Shown in pieces: positions 1 to 8,725 of a DNA stretch of 40,908 bases. This stretch comes from a virus. Lineage: Duplodnaviria > Caudoviricetes. The first letter of the stretch is position 1. Every line of letters begins with the position of its first letter. The notes under the pieces were generated by a model. It had not been told where the DNA came from and searched no databases. It was given only the letters and a program-made list of their open reading frames with translations. The stretch is from IMG/VR virus record IMGVR_UViG_3300002307_000103, positions 1-40,908 of that record. The stretch is one strand, 5' to 3'. Made by a program: the position numbers and the translations under genes.

Positions 1-2
1 CC

Positions 3-1301
3 GCGCCCACGGCCCCCAGCGCGCCCGCCCTGCCCGTTCCGCCGACCGCCCCGCAGCCGCCCGGCTTGCCCGTCGCGCCGACGCCCGACGCTGGTACGGG
101 AGGCGGCCCAAGCGGCACCGGCCCTTTCGTCTCTGGGGTCGCGGCCCCATCCCCGGCACCACCCGTTAGTACGCCTTTAAAGCTTGCTCCGGGGCAGCAG
201 GCGCACGTCGCTGTATCCGATCTACCCGCGCCCGTCGCGCGCCCTGATATGCCTACCGCCATGGGTCCAACCCGCTCGAAATTACTCGACGCGGCGTACA
301 AGATCATGGCCGGCGGCAATGCGTACGAAAGCGATCGCGGACAGGATATGTACGGTTCGGGTCTGTCCGAGCAAGACAAACTTGACGAAGCCGCCACCGC
401 TCGGCAATTCGAGTTGCAGAAGATGGGATACCAAACCGACCTGGGCGTGTACGGTGACGCGGCGTCAGCGGATCGTGGTGCCCGTATTCACGATCACGAA
501 GCGGGCGTCCAGCAAAATTACAACGTGGACAACGCCAACGCGGATCATGCGTACGGCGCGGACCAAGGCGCGAAGAACCGCGCCAATGAAGTAACGATAC
601 AGGGTATGCGCGACCGTTCGGCTATCGCGGTGGAAAAACTACGGGCTGCGAACATCGATAATGCCCTTACTCCCGAAGAAAGTACTGCGATTAGCGCCGC
701 CATCGGCGACCATCGGCTCGACCCTATGCGGGTTAACAGCCGCAACCAAAAGGCACTCGGCAGGGCGCTAGTGGCAAACCCTGGCCTAGACGCTATACAC
801 TTGCACGGTATCGCGCAGCTTGACGCCAGCCCGGCGGCGCAGCAGAAAGCGATGCTACTCGAAGCATTGCCTACGGTACTGGGAAATGTCAGGGACGCCG
901 GAAGTAAGCTCAACTACTCCAACGTGCAGTTTATGGGCAAGCTGCAAGCGATGGCGAAAGGCCAGCTAAACGACCCCGATTTCGTGGCGTACATGGGGCT
1001 GCGTAACGACGCGCTACAGACCCTTTCGACCGTCATGCGGAATACGGGCGCGACCGATCTCAGCACGAAGCTAGAGGCGGAAGCCGCTCGGCCCACTATG
1101 TCACCGCGTGCGCAAGACGCATGGCTGAACGCTCAGTTGACGGCAGTACGCCCCCGTCTTGAAGCGGCGGAGAAAAGAGGGCTGGTGGCTCCCGGTACGA
1201 CAGCGGCGGTATTCGCGAGTACGACTGCAAAGCCCTCGTCGCAACCCGCTTCCGCAGCGGCCTCGGATAGCGGTTGGGGCAAGGCAACGGTGGTAAACTA
1301 A
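3..1301 (+). CDS. Internal virion / DNA ejection protein, 5'-truncated (probably the C-terminal part of the ORF starting at 40439)
   Basis: Frame is open from position 3 (APTAPSAPALPVPP...). Pro-rich, then Ala/Gln-rich helical sequence. Lies between other ejection-type genes; its stop overlaps the next ATG (TAATG). Confidence 0.6.
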   Translation, partial: APTAPSAPALPVPPTAPQPPGLPVAPTPDAGTGGGPSGTGPFVSGVAAPSPAPPVSTPLKLAPGQQAHVAVSDLPAPVARPDMPTAMGPTRSKLLDAAYKIMAGGNAYESDRGQDMYGSGLSEQDKLDEAATARQFELQKMGYQTDLGVYGDAASADRGARIHDHEAGVQQNYNVDNANADHAYGADQGAKNRANEVTIQGMRDRSAIAVEKLRAANIDNALTPEESTAISAAIGDHRLDPMRVNSRNQKALGRALVANPGLDAIHLHGIAQLDASPAAQQKAMLLEALPTVLGNVRDAGSKLNYSNVQFMGKLQAMAKGQLNDPDFVAYMGLRNDALQTLSTVMRNTGATDLSTKLEAEAARPTMSPRAQDAWLNAQLTAVRPRLEAAEKRGLVAPGTTAAVFASTTAKPSSQPASAAASDSGWGKATVVN

Positions 1302-3598
1302 TGCCCAAGTACTCTATCCAAGCGCCGGATGGCCGCACCTACCAGATCGACGGACCGCCCGGCGCGACGGATGACCAAGTGCGCCAAAAAGTACTGGAGC
1401 AGCACCCGCAAGCCGCGCGCCCTGCCCCAAAATCGTTCCTGGGTATGCTAGGGCGCGGTATGCAGAACCTACCCGGTGACGCCGTGGATACCGTTAAAGC
1501 GATCCCTGGCGCTATAGTAGGCGCGGAAAAGCTCGCAGAAGGCGCGTACCAGCGCGGTATTCGCGACAATCTGCCTACCCCGCTACAGGGCAATCAGCCC
1601 CGGTACGATACTTCTGCATTTGACGCAACCGTGCGGGATACGGTAGGCGCAGCGAAGGGCTTTGCGCAGCACGTACGCGAAATGTCCCCAGCGGACCAGC
1701 GCGGTACGGCCCCGTCAGTCGCTACCCCCGACGATACGGCTGCGTACAACGAAGTCGCGAACGCCAACTACGATAAGTACGGTACGAAACAGAACGTGTA
1801 TCGCACAGTCGCCGAACACCCTATTGCGGCGATTGGGGACGTAGCATCGGTCGTTGACCCCGTACTAAAAATCCCAGCCGTAGCGGCGAAAGTGGGCGAG
1901 GCCGGGCAGGTTGTGCGGGGCCTCGCCGGGGCCGTTGGCGCTAAGGTGGGCGAGGCCGCCGCGCCCCTAGCGGACGTGGTGACCGCCGAACGCCGTGGTA
2001 CGGCCATAGCTGAACAAGGCCGTACCGCGACTACTGCCGACGAAGCCGCTGCACAGGCCGCCGCCGAGGCTAAGTCCGCCGCTGACGCCGCCGCTGCGCA
2101 GCGTACGATGACTTTGGCGCAAAAGCGTGCCGCGTACGAAGATCGCGTGCGTACGCTTCGGGCACAGAAAACAGCGGCGTCTGCGGCCCCCGAACTGGGC
2201 CTAGGCGACCCCGCGCACTTGGACGAAATCGGTACTAGCTACCGCGATCCAGCCGTCGCGAACGCCGACAAGCTGAACGAAGGTATGCGTACAGCGGATG
2301 CGCAGTACCGTGATGCCATGCAACAAGTGGTGGACGCGCGGGCGACCATGGGTGTCGGCGTATCTGACATGCCCACGGCTAAAGACCTTATCGCGAAGTC
2401 TAGGGCCATAGTAAAGCCTGATCCGGTGGGCCGCCCGACTGTGGGGCTAGAGCCCGCTGCCGACGCGGGGGGACGACTACACCAACGTGTACTCGACGCG
2501 CTAACTCCACAGAAAATACCCCTTTCGCCCTCCGAAGCCGCAGAGGCGGCGAAAAAAGGCGACACTATCATAACGGATAGTACGGGTGCAAAGTACAAGA
2601 TCGTAAAACCCAGTTTCCAGGGCGTAGATGAACTTCGCCGGTTCCTGGGCCAAGTCCGCAGCGGAACGGTAGAAGACTTTAAAGCGATCCCCGCGATGGA
2701 AGCGGGCAATCTCTACGGTGACGTGTCCAAAGTACTGGATGAGTACGCCATGGGAACTCGCGCCCCCGTGCAAGCCAACTGGAAAGCGGGTAAGGCCGCC
2801 CTCGCACCGTACGAAGAGGCCGCAACGGGTAAAATGCTTACCGGCGTTCAGCCTAATACGGGTGGTATGCCGTCAACGCCCGCGTCAGCCATCCCCGGTC
2901 GCGTGGTCGCCGGGGGTCGGGAAGGCTTTAACCAGATCGCGGCGATTACGGGGCGTGGAAACGCCCTGGCGGCCCTGCGAAGCCAAGTACAGAATGGTCT
3001 TGCGGGCAAGTCCGCAGATGCAGCGCATGCTCTCGTTGCGCCCGGTACGCAGCTCGGTAGCGTGATTGCGGGGGACAGTGAACTGTCCGCCCAAGTGTCA
3101 GATTACCTACAGCGCCTACGCGCCTCCGAGCAAGCCGGTACCGACGCACAGGCGTTGGGTAAGCGCCTTGACGCGTCCACGGCCCGTACTGCTAATTTGA
3201 ACAAGGTCGCATCGGCGCTGCAAGATAGCTCTGCCAAAGCGGCAGTAACAGCCCGCCAAGCCGAACAAAATATACTTGAACTTAAGCAGCTACCCGCGCC
3301 GCTGGTAATTCCCCGGTACCGGAAAATGCTGACCGACGCGCATACAGCCGGGCGCATAAGTACGGAAAATCTATCAGCGGGCATGGACCTTGCCAATAGC
3401 GCCGAAAAAGCGTTCAAGACAAAAGATATGCGCGATACTTGGCTCAAGAACGCGGGCATGACACTTGGGGCGGGCGCGATCCCGCTGACCGCTGGCGCTC
3501 CGCTCGCAGTTGCCGGTGCGGCCGCCGGGGCGGGTTTGGGTATCGGCGTACTTGGCCGCAATCTGCGTCACGCCACTATTTTCCGCCACAAGAAGTAG
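1301..3598 (+). CDS. Large internal virion / DNA ejection (transfer) protein
   Basis: ATG at 1301 is coupled to the upstream TAA. N-terminus MPKYSIQAPDGRTYQIDGPPGAT resembles podophage ejection proteins. Ala-rich coiled coils and a hydrophobic Gly/Ala C-terminal segment; sits just before the tail fibre. Confidence 0.6.
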   Translation: MPKYSIQAPDGRTYQIDGPPGATDDQVRQKVLEQHPQAARPAPKSFLGMLGRGMQNLPGDAVDTVKAIPGAIVGAEKLAEGAYQRGIRDNLPTPLQGNQPRYDTSAFDATVRDTVGAAKGFAQHVREMSPADQRGTAPSVATPDDTAAYNEVANANYDKYGTKQNVYRTVAEHPIAAIGDVASVVDPVLKIPAVAAKVGEAGQVVRGLAGAVGAKVGEAAAPLADVVTAERRGTAIAEQGRTATTADEAAAQAAAEAKSAADAAAAQRTMTLAQKRAAYEDRVRTLRAQKTAASAAPELGLGDPAHLDEIGTSYRDPAVANADKLNEGMRTADAQYRDAMQQVVDARATMGVGVSDMPTAKDLIAKSRAIVKPDPVGRPTVGLEPAADAGGRLHQRVLDALTPQKIPLSPSEAAEAAKKGDTIITDSTGAKYKIVKPSFQGVDELRRFLGQVRSGTVEDFKAIPAMEAGNLYGDVSKVLDEYAMGTRAPVQANWKAGKAALAPYEEAATGKMLTGVQPNTGGMPSTPASAIPGRVVAGGREGFNQIAAITGRGNALAALRSQVQNGLAGKSADAAHALVAPGTQLGSVIAGDSELSAQVSDYLQRLRASEQAGTDAQALGKRLDASTARTANLNKVASALQDSSAKAAVTARQAEQNILELKQLPAPLVIPRYRKMLTDAHTAGRISTENLSAGMDLANSAEKAFKTKDMRDTWLKNAGMTLGAGAIPLTAGAPLAVAGAAAGAGLGIGVLGRNLRHATIFRHKK

Positions 3599-3608
3599 AG
3601 GAAATACT

Positions 3609-5621
3609 ATGCCTTTCGACAGCGGCGGTAATTTCACCCGCAACTACAATTTCACCGCAGACAAGAACGCCGGTATCAAAATCCAGTCGGCGCGCATCGA
3701 CGGCGAGTATGACAACTACGCCACAGCGATGAACCAGACGTTTCTGCGCGATGGCCGTACGGGTATGGCCGGCAACCTAAATCTCGCGACGAATACTATC
3801 TACGGCGTGGGCGCGGGTATCCTCTCAGCCCCCGGTATCCGGTTTAGCACCGACGTTACGACGGGTATTTATCTCCCGGCGGCGGGGCAGGTGTCATTCG
3901 TTGCTGGTGGCGTCGAGCGCATACGCGCGAGTAGCACAGGCGCGGCGATCACTGGCGCGCTCACCATTTCTAGCGACGGTACCGTATCCGGCAACCTGGG
4001 CGTCACGGGTACCAGCACCTTTGGTGGTATCAGTACTCACAACGCCGACGTACTGATACCGTCCAACAACCTCGGTATCAACCAGACGCCGGTGGCGACC
4101 TCCGGGTCGCGTATCCACTTGGGTTCGGATATCTCGCTATCCAACGCCACGGCCAGCCATATTCACTTTAACGGCTATAACAACGCCGGGTACAAAATCT
4201 ACAATGCTGGGTTTGCCGCCGCGATGCGGTACGACCCGACCATTGGCGCGCTACAAGTCTATACCGGCTCGGCGTCGGGTATCGCCAATGCGGCGTCGGG
4301 TATCGCGGAACGTGCGCGCTTCGACGCTTCGGGTAACTTCGGCATCAACGCTACGTCGCTGGCTGCGAAACTACACGTTGCCGGTACGGTTACCATCGGC
4401 ACGCAAGCCAATGTCGCCGCCGTGGTCGGCCAGGGCGGTACGTCTGATCTGTACTTGGGGTCCATCGGCGGCAGCGTGCCATTCATTGGGTCGCAGGGCG
4501 CGAACCCCCTGGCGTTCTACACAAACGGCGGTGAGCGGGCGCGTTTCGACGCTACGGGTAACTTCGGTATCGGCGCGACCTCCCCGGTGGCGACGACGAA
4601 CTACGGCGGTATCACCGTCAACGGCACTACAGGCGCAATCGCCAGCTTTGGCGTAGCGTCTACGGAGAAGGGACGTATCCAGATGGATACCACCTTCGGC
4701 ATCAACTCCATTACTGCGCTCCCGTTGACGTTCCTGACGACCAACGCCGAGCGTATGCGTATCGACGCCTCGGGCAACGTCGGTATGATGACGAACAACC
4801 CGCAAGCGCCGCTGCATGTATTCGGCGCATCGGCCCGCGTCGATAGTTCGGCGTCACAACCCCGTTTCGAGTTGTGGAACGGCGTGACCAACTACGGCGG
4901 TATTGGCACGACTGGTTGGGTACTCAGCACCACGGCTACTGACCTGGCACTGAACTCCAAGGTTGGCGGCATCGTATTTTATACGAACGGCAGCACGACG
5001 GAAAAGGCCCGTATCGACACCAATGGTAACTTCGGTGTCGGCACGGCGAGCCCGGTCAATACGGCGAACTACGGCGGTATCACCGTCAATGGCACTACGG
5101 GTGGCAATATCAGCGGCATGGTGGCGGGCACTGAAAAGTCCCGTATCTCCACCGACAGCGCATTTACTTTAAATGCGACCGCTGCTATCAATATGGTCCT
5201 CAAGACCAACAATACGACGCAATTCACCATTACGTCGTCCGGCGAAGTGTATATGTCCACGGCGCAGTCGCCGACGCAGACGTACGATGTGGGGTACTTG
5301 GGCCTGCCGCAAGTCGGCGGCGCGGCGAAGACCGTCAGCTATACGTGCGTACTCGCCGACGCGGGCCAGCACGTGCTAATGAACAATGCCGCGCTTACGG
5401 TCACTATCCCGGCCAACGCGTCGGTTGCGTACCCCATCGGCACGGCGCTGATGTTTGTCAACAGCAACGCCGCCAACCTTACTATCGCGATAACTACGGA
5501 CACGCTCACTATGGCGAACTCCACGCTTACGGGCAACCGTACGTTGGCGCAGAACGGCATGGCTACCGCTATTAAAGTGGCGGCTACGTCTTGGCTTATT
5601 TCCGGCGCGGGGCTTTCGTAA
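3609..5621 (+). CDS. Tail fibre protein
   Basis: GAGG RBS before ATG 3609. Gly/Thr/Asn-rich with repeated ERxRxDxxGNxG[IV] modules. C-terminal domain ends ATAIKVAATSWLISGAGLS. Confidence 0.85.
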   Translation: MPFDSGGNFTRNYNFTADKNAGIKIQSARIDGEYDNYATAMNQTFLRDGRTGMAGNLNLATNTIYGVGAGILSAPGIRFSTDVTTGIYLPAAGQVSFVAGGVERIRASSTGAAITGALTISSDGTVSGNLGVTGTSTFGGISTHNADVLIPSNNLGINQTPVATSGSRIHLGSDISLSNATASHIHFNGYNNAGYKIYNAGFAAAMRYDPTIGALQVYTGSASGIANAASGIAERARFDASGNFGINATSLAAKLHVAGTVTIGTQANVAAVVGQGGTSDLYLGSIGGSVPFIGSQGANPLAFYTNGGERARFDATGNFGIGATSPVATTNYGGITVNGTTGAIASFGVASTEKGRIQMDTTFGINSITALPLTFLTTNAERMRIDASGNVGMMTNNPQAPLHVFGASARVDSSASQPRFELWNGVTNYGGIGTTGWVLSTTATDLALNSKVGGIVFYTNGSTTEKARIDTNGNFGVGTASPVNTANYGGITVNGTTGGNISGMVAGTEKSRISTDSAFTLNATAAINMVLKTNNTTQFTITSSGEVYMSTAQSPTQTYDVGYLGLPQVGGAAKTVSYTCVLADAGQHVLMNNAALTVTIPANASVAYPIGTALMFVNSNAANLTIAITTDTLTMANSTLTGNRTLAQNGMATAIKVAATSWLISGAGLS

Positions 5622-6229
5622 TGTCTGGGGCGGTTATCGCTGCAATGGTGGCGTGCGCTGGCGGTGTACATATCGTCAACACGTACACCGGTTCTGGTAC
5701 GGAGACTGTGCCCAATGGTACGAGTAAAATCGTTATCGAGCAATGGGGCGGCGGTGGTGGTGGCGGTACGGGTTCTGATATCTGTACGGGTAACGAGGGC
5801 GGCGGTGGCGGGTCTGGCGGGTACGTCAAGAAGACGTTCTTGGTCGGCGGTGCGGCCTGGGGGAAGACGTTCACGTACGCTACAGGCACGGCGGGTGCCG
5901 CAGCAGGCAACGGCGGTAACTCTACGTGCGTTAACGGTACATTCGCCACGGCAACAAACCTAGCGGCGGGCGGTGGCGTGGCTGGTATATCCGGCTCCAT
6001 CAGCGGCAACCAGGGCGCAGGCGGCACGGCAAGCGGCGGCGATACCAATACGGCGGGCAACGGCGGCGCGGCCACTACTAGCCAGGGCGCAGGCGCACCA
6101 AATGGGGGCGGAAACGTGGCGAACCAAGTAGCGGGTTCGGCCCCCGGCGGTGGCGGCGGCGGCGGTCGCGTTAACTTCGGTGTCGGCGCGGCGGGGTCCG
6201 TGGGGCGTACGAGGTTCACATATTCATGA
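5621..6229 (+). CDS. Glycine-rich tail-fibre-associated protein (putative adhesin, T-even gp38-like architecture)
   Basis: Coupled to the fibre stop (TAATG). Multiple poly-Gly motifs (WGGGGGGG, GGGGGSGGY, PGGGGGGG). Confidence 0.65.
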   Translation: MSGAVIAAMVACAGGVHIVNTYTGSGTETVPNGTSKIVIEQWGGGGGGGTGSDICTGNEGGGGGSGGYVKKTFLVGGAAWGKTFTYATGTAGAAAGNGGNSTCVNGTFATATNLAAGGGVAGISGSISGNQGAGGTASGGDTNTAGNGGAATTSQGAGAPNGGGNVANQVAGSAPGGGGGGGRVNFGVGAAGSVGRTRFTYS

Positions 6230-6540
6230 CGCTATCGTACCTGTACTCAAAGGACGCGCTTACTTTAAAGTTCCACAACTCGGGCGACGTGCTGGAAATG
6301 CACTCGCACCCGGAATGGAACTATCACGATACCCTACTCGTTGAAGGAGAGGCCGAGATATACGGCCCCGACCGCCGCTGGGTGGTCCGGCTAGAGAAGG
6401 GTAAAGTATTACCGCTCACCATTGAGCAAATGGAGCATGAGATTAAAGCACTCACGCCCGGCGCGGTAGTTATGAACGTGTACCGCTTACCCCAACCCCA
6501 ATTCGCCGCGCATATCGGCAAGGGCTGGCAAGTTCTCTAG
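6226..6540 (+). CDS. Small cupin-fold protein
   Basis: HSHPEWNYHDTLLVEGEA and EHEIKA resemble cupin motifs 1 and 2. ATGA overlap with the upstream gene. Confidence 0.55.
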   Translation: MTLSYLYSKDALTLKFHNSGDVLEMHSHPEWNYHDTLLVEGEAEIYGPDRRWVVRLEKGKVLPLTIEQMEHEIKALTPGAVVMNVYRLPQPQFAAHIGKGWQVL

Positions 6541-6546
6541 GGGGTA

Positions 6547-6574
6547 TTGACAACCTAGAAACACACTGTAAAGA
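6547..6574 (+). promoter_or_regulatory. Possible sigma70-type promoter for the lysis cassette
   Basis: TTGACA-16 nt-TAAAGA in the intergenic gap before the lysis genes; the -10 element is weak. Confidence 0.35.
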
Positions 6575-6632
6575 GGTTACTACCATGGTTAAGCTAACCG
6601 GGTACTTCTGGTCGAGAATAGGGGACGAGTTG

Positions 6633-6923
6633 ATGAGTGATCCGGGGGATAAGGCGACCAGCAGGTTCTTTAAAGTCGAAGTGTTCGCCTTCGTCTTTGC
6701 CATCATCGTACAGTCCGCTACCGGCATCTGGTGGCTGTCGTCTGTCGAGACCCGTATCAACGGCATCGACAAGGCCGTCAACACTCTGATCGAGGACAAG
6801 GCTACCTATGCTCGTCAAGCGGTGGACGTAGCCCGTATTGACGAGCGTACGAAAGACATGGACGCCGCGTTGTCCCGTATTGAGCGGGCGCAGGACGTGG
6901 ACAACCAGAGGGGCAAGCACTAA
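6633..6923 (+). CDS. Single-TM coiled-coil membrane protein (holin/antiholin-like)
   Basis: GGGGA RBS before ATG 6633. Hydrophobic VFAFVFAIIVQSATGIWWL followed by a coiled coil; directly upstream of the endolysin. Confidence 0.5.
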   Translation: MSDPGDKATSRFFKVEVFAFVFAIIVQSATGIWWLSSVETRINGIDKAVNTLIEDKATYARQAVDVARIDERTKDMDAALSRIERAQDVDNQRGKH

Positions 6924-7348
6924 TGCTACCTATTACTCACCTGACCATTCACTGTACGGCCACCCCGGAAGGGCGTGACAATACGGCCAAGGAAGTCGTG
7001 CAATGGGATGTTGCGCGCTTCGGCCAGCCGTCGTACCACTGGATCGTGGAACTGGACGGCAGCGCCGTACACTGTATGCCGGATGATCGCCTGGGCGCGC
7101 ACGTCGCCGGGCATAATACCGGTAACATCGGCGTCTCATACGTGGGGGGTACCGAAACCCTCGACGCGGGCGGTGCGCCCAAGGATACCCGCACTCACGA
7201 GCAGCGCGCTACTTTAAAGCGCTTGGTCGAAGAGTATCGGGCCAAGTATCCCGGCCTTGTCGTATTGGGGCATCGCGACTGGCCGGGCGTTAACAAGGCT
7301 TGCCCTTCATTCGATGTGCATAACTGGCTCGCCGCCGGTATGCCGTAG
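6923..7348 (+). CDS. Endolysin, N-acetylmuramoyl-L-alanine amidase (T7 lysozyme / Amidase_2 type)
   Basis: Zn-amidase motifs IHCTAT, SYHW, GAHVAGHN, GHRD and KACPSF. Confidence 0.92.
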   Translation: MLPITHLTIHCTATPEGRDNTAKEVVQWDVARFGQPSYHWIVELDGSAVHCMPDDRLGAHVAGHNTGNIGVSYVGGTETLDAGGAPKDTRTHEQRATLKRLVEEYRAKYPGLVVLGHRDWPGVNKACPSFDVHNWLAAGMP

Positions 7349-7357
7349 GAGTACTCC

Positions 7358-7630
7358 ATGGAACCCGTCACCGCTCCCGATCCGTTGCCCGCGAACATCG
7401 CAACCGTTGTCCGCCTGATCTTCGCCGGCGTCGCTGCCGTACTCGTCCAGAAGGGCGTTATCAAAGGTACTGCCGATACGTCGGTGTACCTTGGGTACGT
7501 CCTGGCGATCTTCACCGTCCTGTGGGGCCTGTACAAGAACTACAACGCCCACAAGGCGCTGAAAGCGGCCATCGCCGCCCCGAACGCCGCGCAGGTCGCC
7601 AGCGCGCAGCCGTCCCTGTTCAAGACGTAA
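7358..7630 (+). CDS. Putative holin
   Basis: 90 aa with two hydrophobic helices and a basic C-terminus; AGGAG RBS; lies between endolysin and spanins. Confidence 0.65.
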   Translation: MEPVTAPDPLPANIATVVRLIFAGVAAVLVQKGVIKGTADTSVYLGYVLAIFTVLWGLYKNYNAHKALKAAIAAPNAAQVASAQPSLFKT

Positions 7631-7851
7631 TGCTGGCGCTCCTCACTGCCCTGTTCGATATACTTGACCGGATAGGGCAGTACTTCGCCGACCAGCAGTT
7701 GATTAACGCTGGCAAGGCGGAACAGCAAGTTGCCGTACAGCAGAAGGTCGAAGACGATGTACAAAAAGCTCATACTGCCGTCACTGTGCCTGATGCTGTT
7801 CGTACTCAGCGGTTGCGCAATCGTTTCGACCAAGCAACCGGCAACGAGTAG
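7630..7851 (+). CDS. Putative inner-membrane spanin (Rz-like)
   Basis: ATG coupled to the holin stop. Hydrophobic N-terminus MLALLTALF, then Gln-rich coiled coil; overlaps a lipoprotein gene in another frame. Confidence 0.6.
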   Translation: MLALLTALFDILDRIGQYFADQQLINAGKAEQQVAVQQKVEDDVQKAHTAVTVPDAVRTQRLRNRFDQATGNE

Positions 7852-7987
7852 CGAGTACTGCCGGATCGCCAAACCTATCCGGTACAACTCCAAGCTGGAC
7901 AGCCCGCCGACCGTCGCCGCCATCGAGGCCCACAATTCGGCCTGGGTCTGCGTGTGCGAGGGGGATTGCCCCAAGCCTGCCCCCTAG
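7757..7987 (+). CDS. Putative outer-membrane spanin lipoprotein (Rz1-like)
   Basis: Signal peptide MYKKLILPSLCLMLFV with lipobox LSGC; overlaps the Rz-like gene; Cys/Pro-containing mature part. Confidence 0.7.
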   Translation: MYKKLILPSLCLMLFVLSGCAIVSTKQPATSSEYCRIAKPIRYNSKLDSPPTVAAIEAHNSAWVCVCEGDCPKPAP

Positions 7988-8026
7988 CTGGGCGGGCAGG
8001 GGGCAGCGAGGCGGGGCCTCGGACGG

Positions 8027-8061
8027 AAGGGCCGCTAGGGTGATAGCCTTAGCGGCCCTTT
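8027..8061. terminator. Probable bidirectional terminator hairpin where the two arms converge
   Basis: AAGGGCCGCTAGGG-tgatag-CCTTAGCGGCCCTT forms a 14-bp stem with one G-T pair and short T runs on both strands. Confidence 0.6.
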
Positions 8062-8364
8062 GACGCCTAGGGGCCTCCGGTGGCGGGACCGCAGGTGGAC
8101 GCGATGGCCCCCCTCGATCTGCGACAGAACCCACCACATACCGAGCAACCGGCGGGTCTCGCTTGTACTGGCGAGGCCGTAGCGGTGCGCCACTTCCGAC
8201 AGCCCTAGCTCGCCAGCGTACGCCAAGCCGAGTGCCTTTAAAGCCCGGATATGGTACACGGTGCGCACCATGCGCTCGATATCGTAGGAGCGCCAGGACG
8301 GATAGTTTTCGACGCTGCCGTCCGCATACGCGTCTATGAACTCTTTAAAGGTCACGATAGGCAC
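8035..8364 (-). CDS. Hypothetical protein (possible HTH)
   Basis: Last ORF of the minus-strand arm, overlapping the upstream gene; LSEVAHRYGLASTSETRRLL is HTH-like. Confidence 0.45.
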   Translation of the reverse strand: MPIVTFKEFIDAYADGSVENYPSWRSYDIERMVRTVYHIRALKALGLAYAGELGLSEVAHRYGLASTSETRRLLGMWWVLSQIEGGHRVHLRSRHRRPLGVKGPLRLSP

Positions 8365-8725
8365 GCATGTCGTCTTGGTCCTCGCAGCGCAGGAGCGGAA
8401 CCAGGCGGTCCTCGTCGTCGCTATGGGCGTATACTAGCCCGCTGATCTGGTGATACTGGTGCCCTTGCAGATGCCGGGAGAACCCCGGCCACTCAATACG
8501 GAATATCGCGTACGCGTTTTCCGTTGATACGGAAGACGAAGGCCAGAACATACGCGCTGGCTGGCCGTCCGCCTCCAGCGCGTCGAATAGCCGGTGCATC
8601 GCCTCCTTACGCACCTCCATGCTAGGCGTGATGAACAGGCCGCGCCAGGGGCGGCACGCCTCCGCGCGTTTCTTTGCTTGCTCGACAAAGTACGGTATGC
8701 CGCTTGCGTTAGGGATGACGTTCAT
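8345..8725 (-). CDS. Hypothetical protein
   Basis: ATGA-coupled to the helicase stop, with a GGAGG RBS. Confidence 0.6.
   Translation of the reverse strand: MNVIPNASGIPYFVEQAKKRAEACRPWRGLFITPSMEVRKEAMHRLFDALEADGQPARMFWPSSSVSTENAYAIFRIEWPGFSRHLQGHQYHQISGLVYAHSDDEDRLVPLLRCEDQDDMRAYRDL

Noticed and set aside
4597-5089. Tail-fibre repeat pair as a diversity-generating retroelement TR/VR
   Set aside because: No reverse transcriptase gene is present, both copies are in-frame coding modules, and the differences are not adenine-specific.
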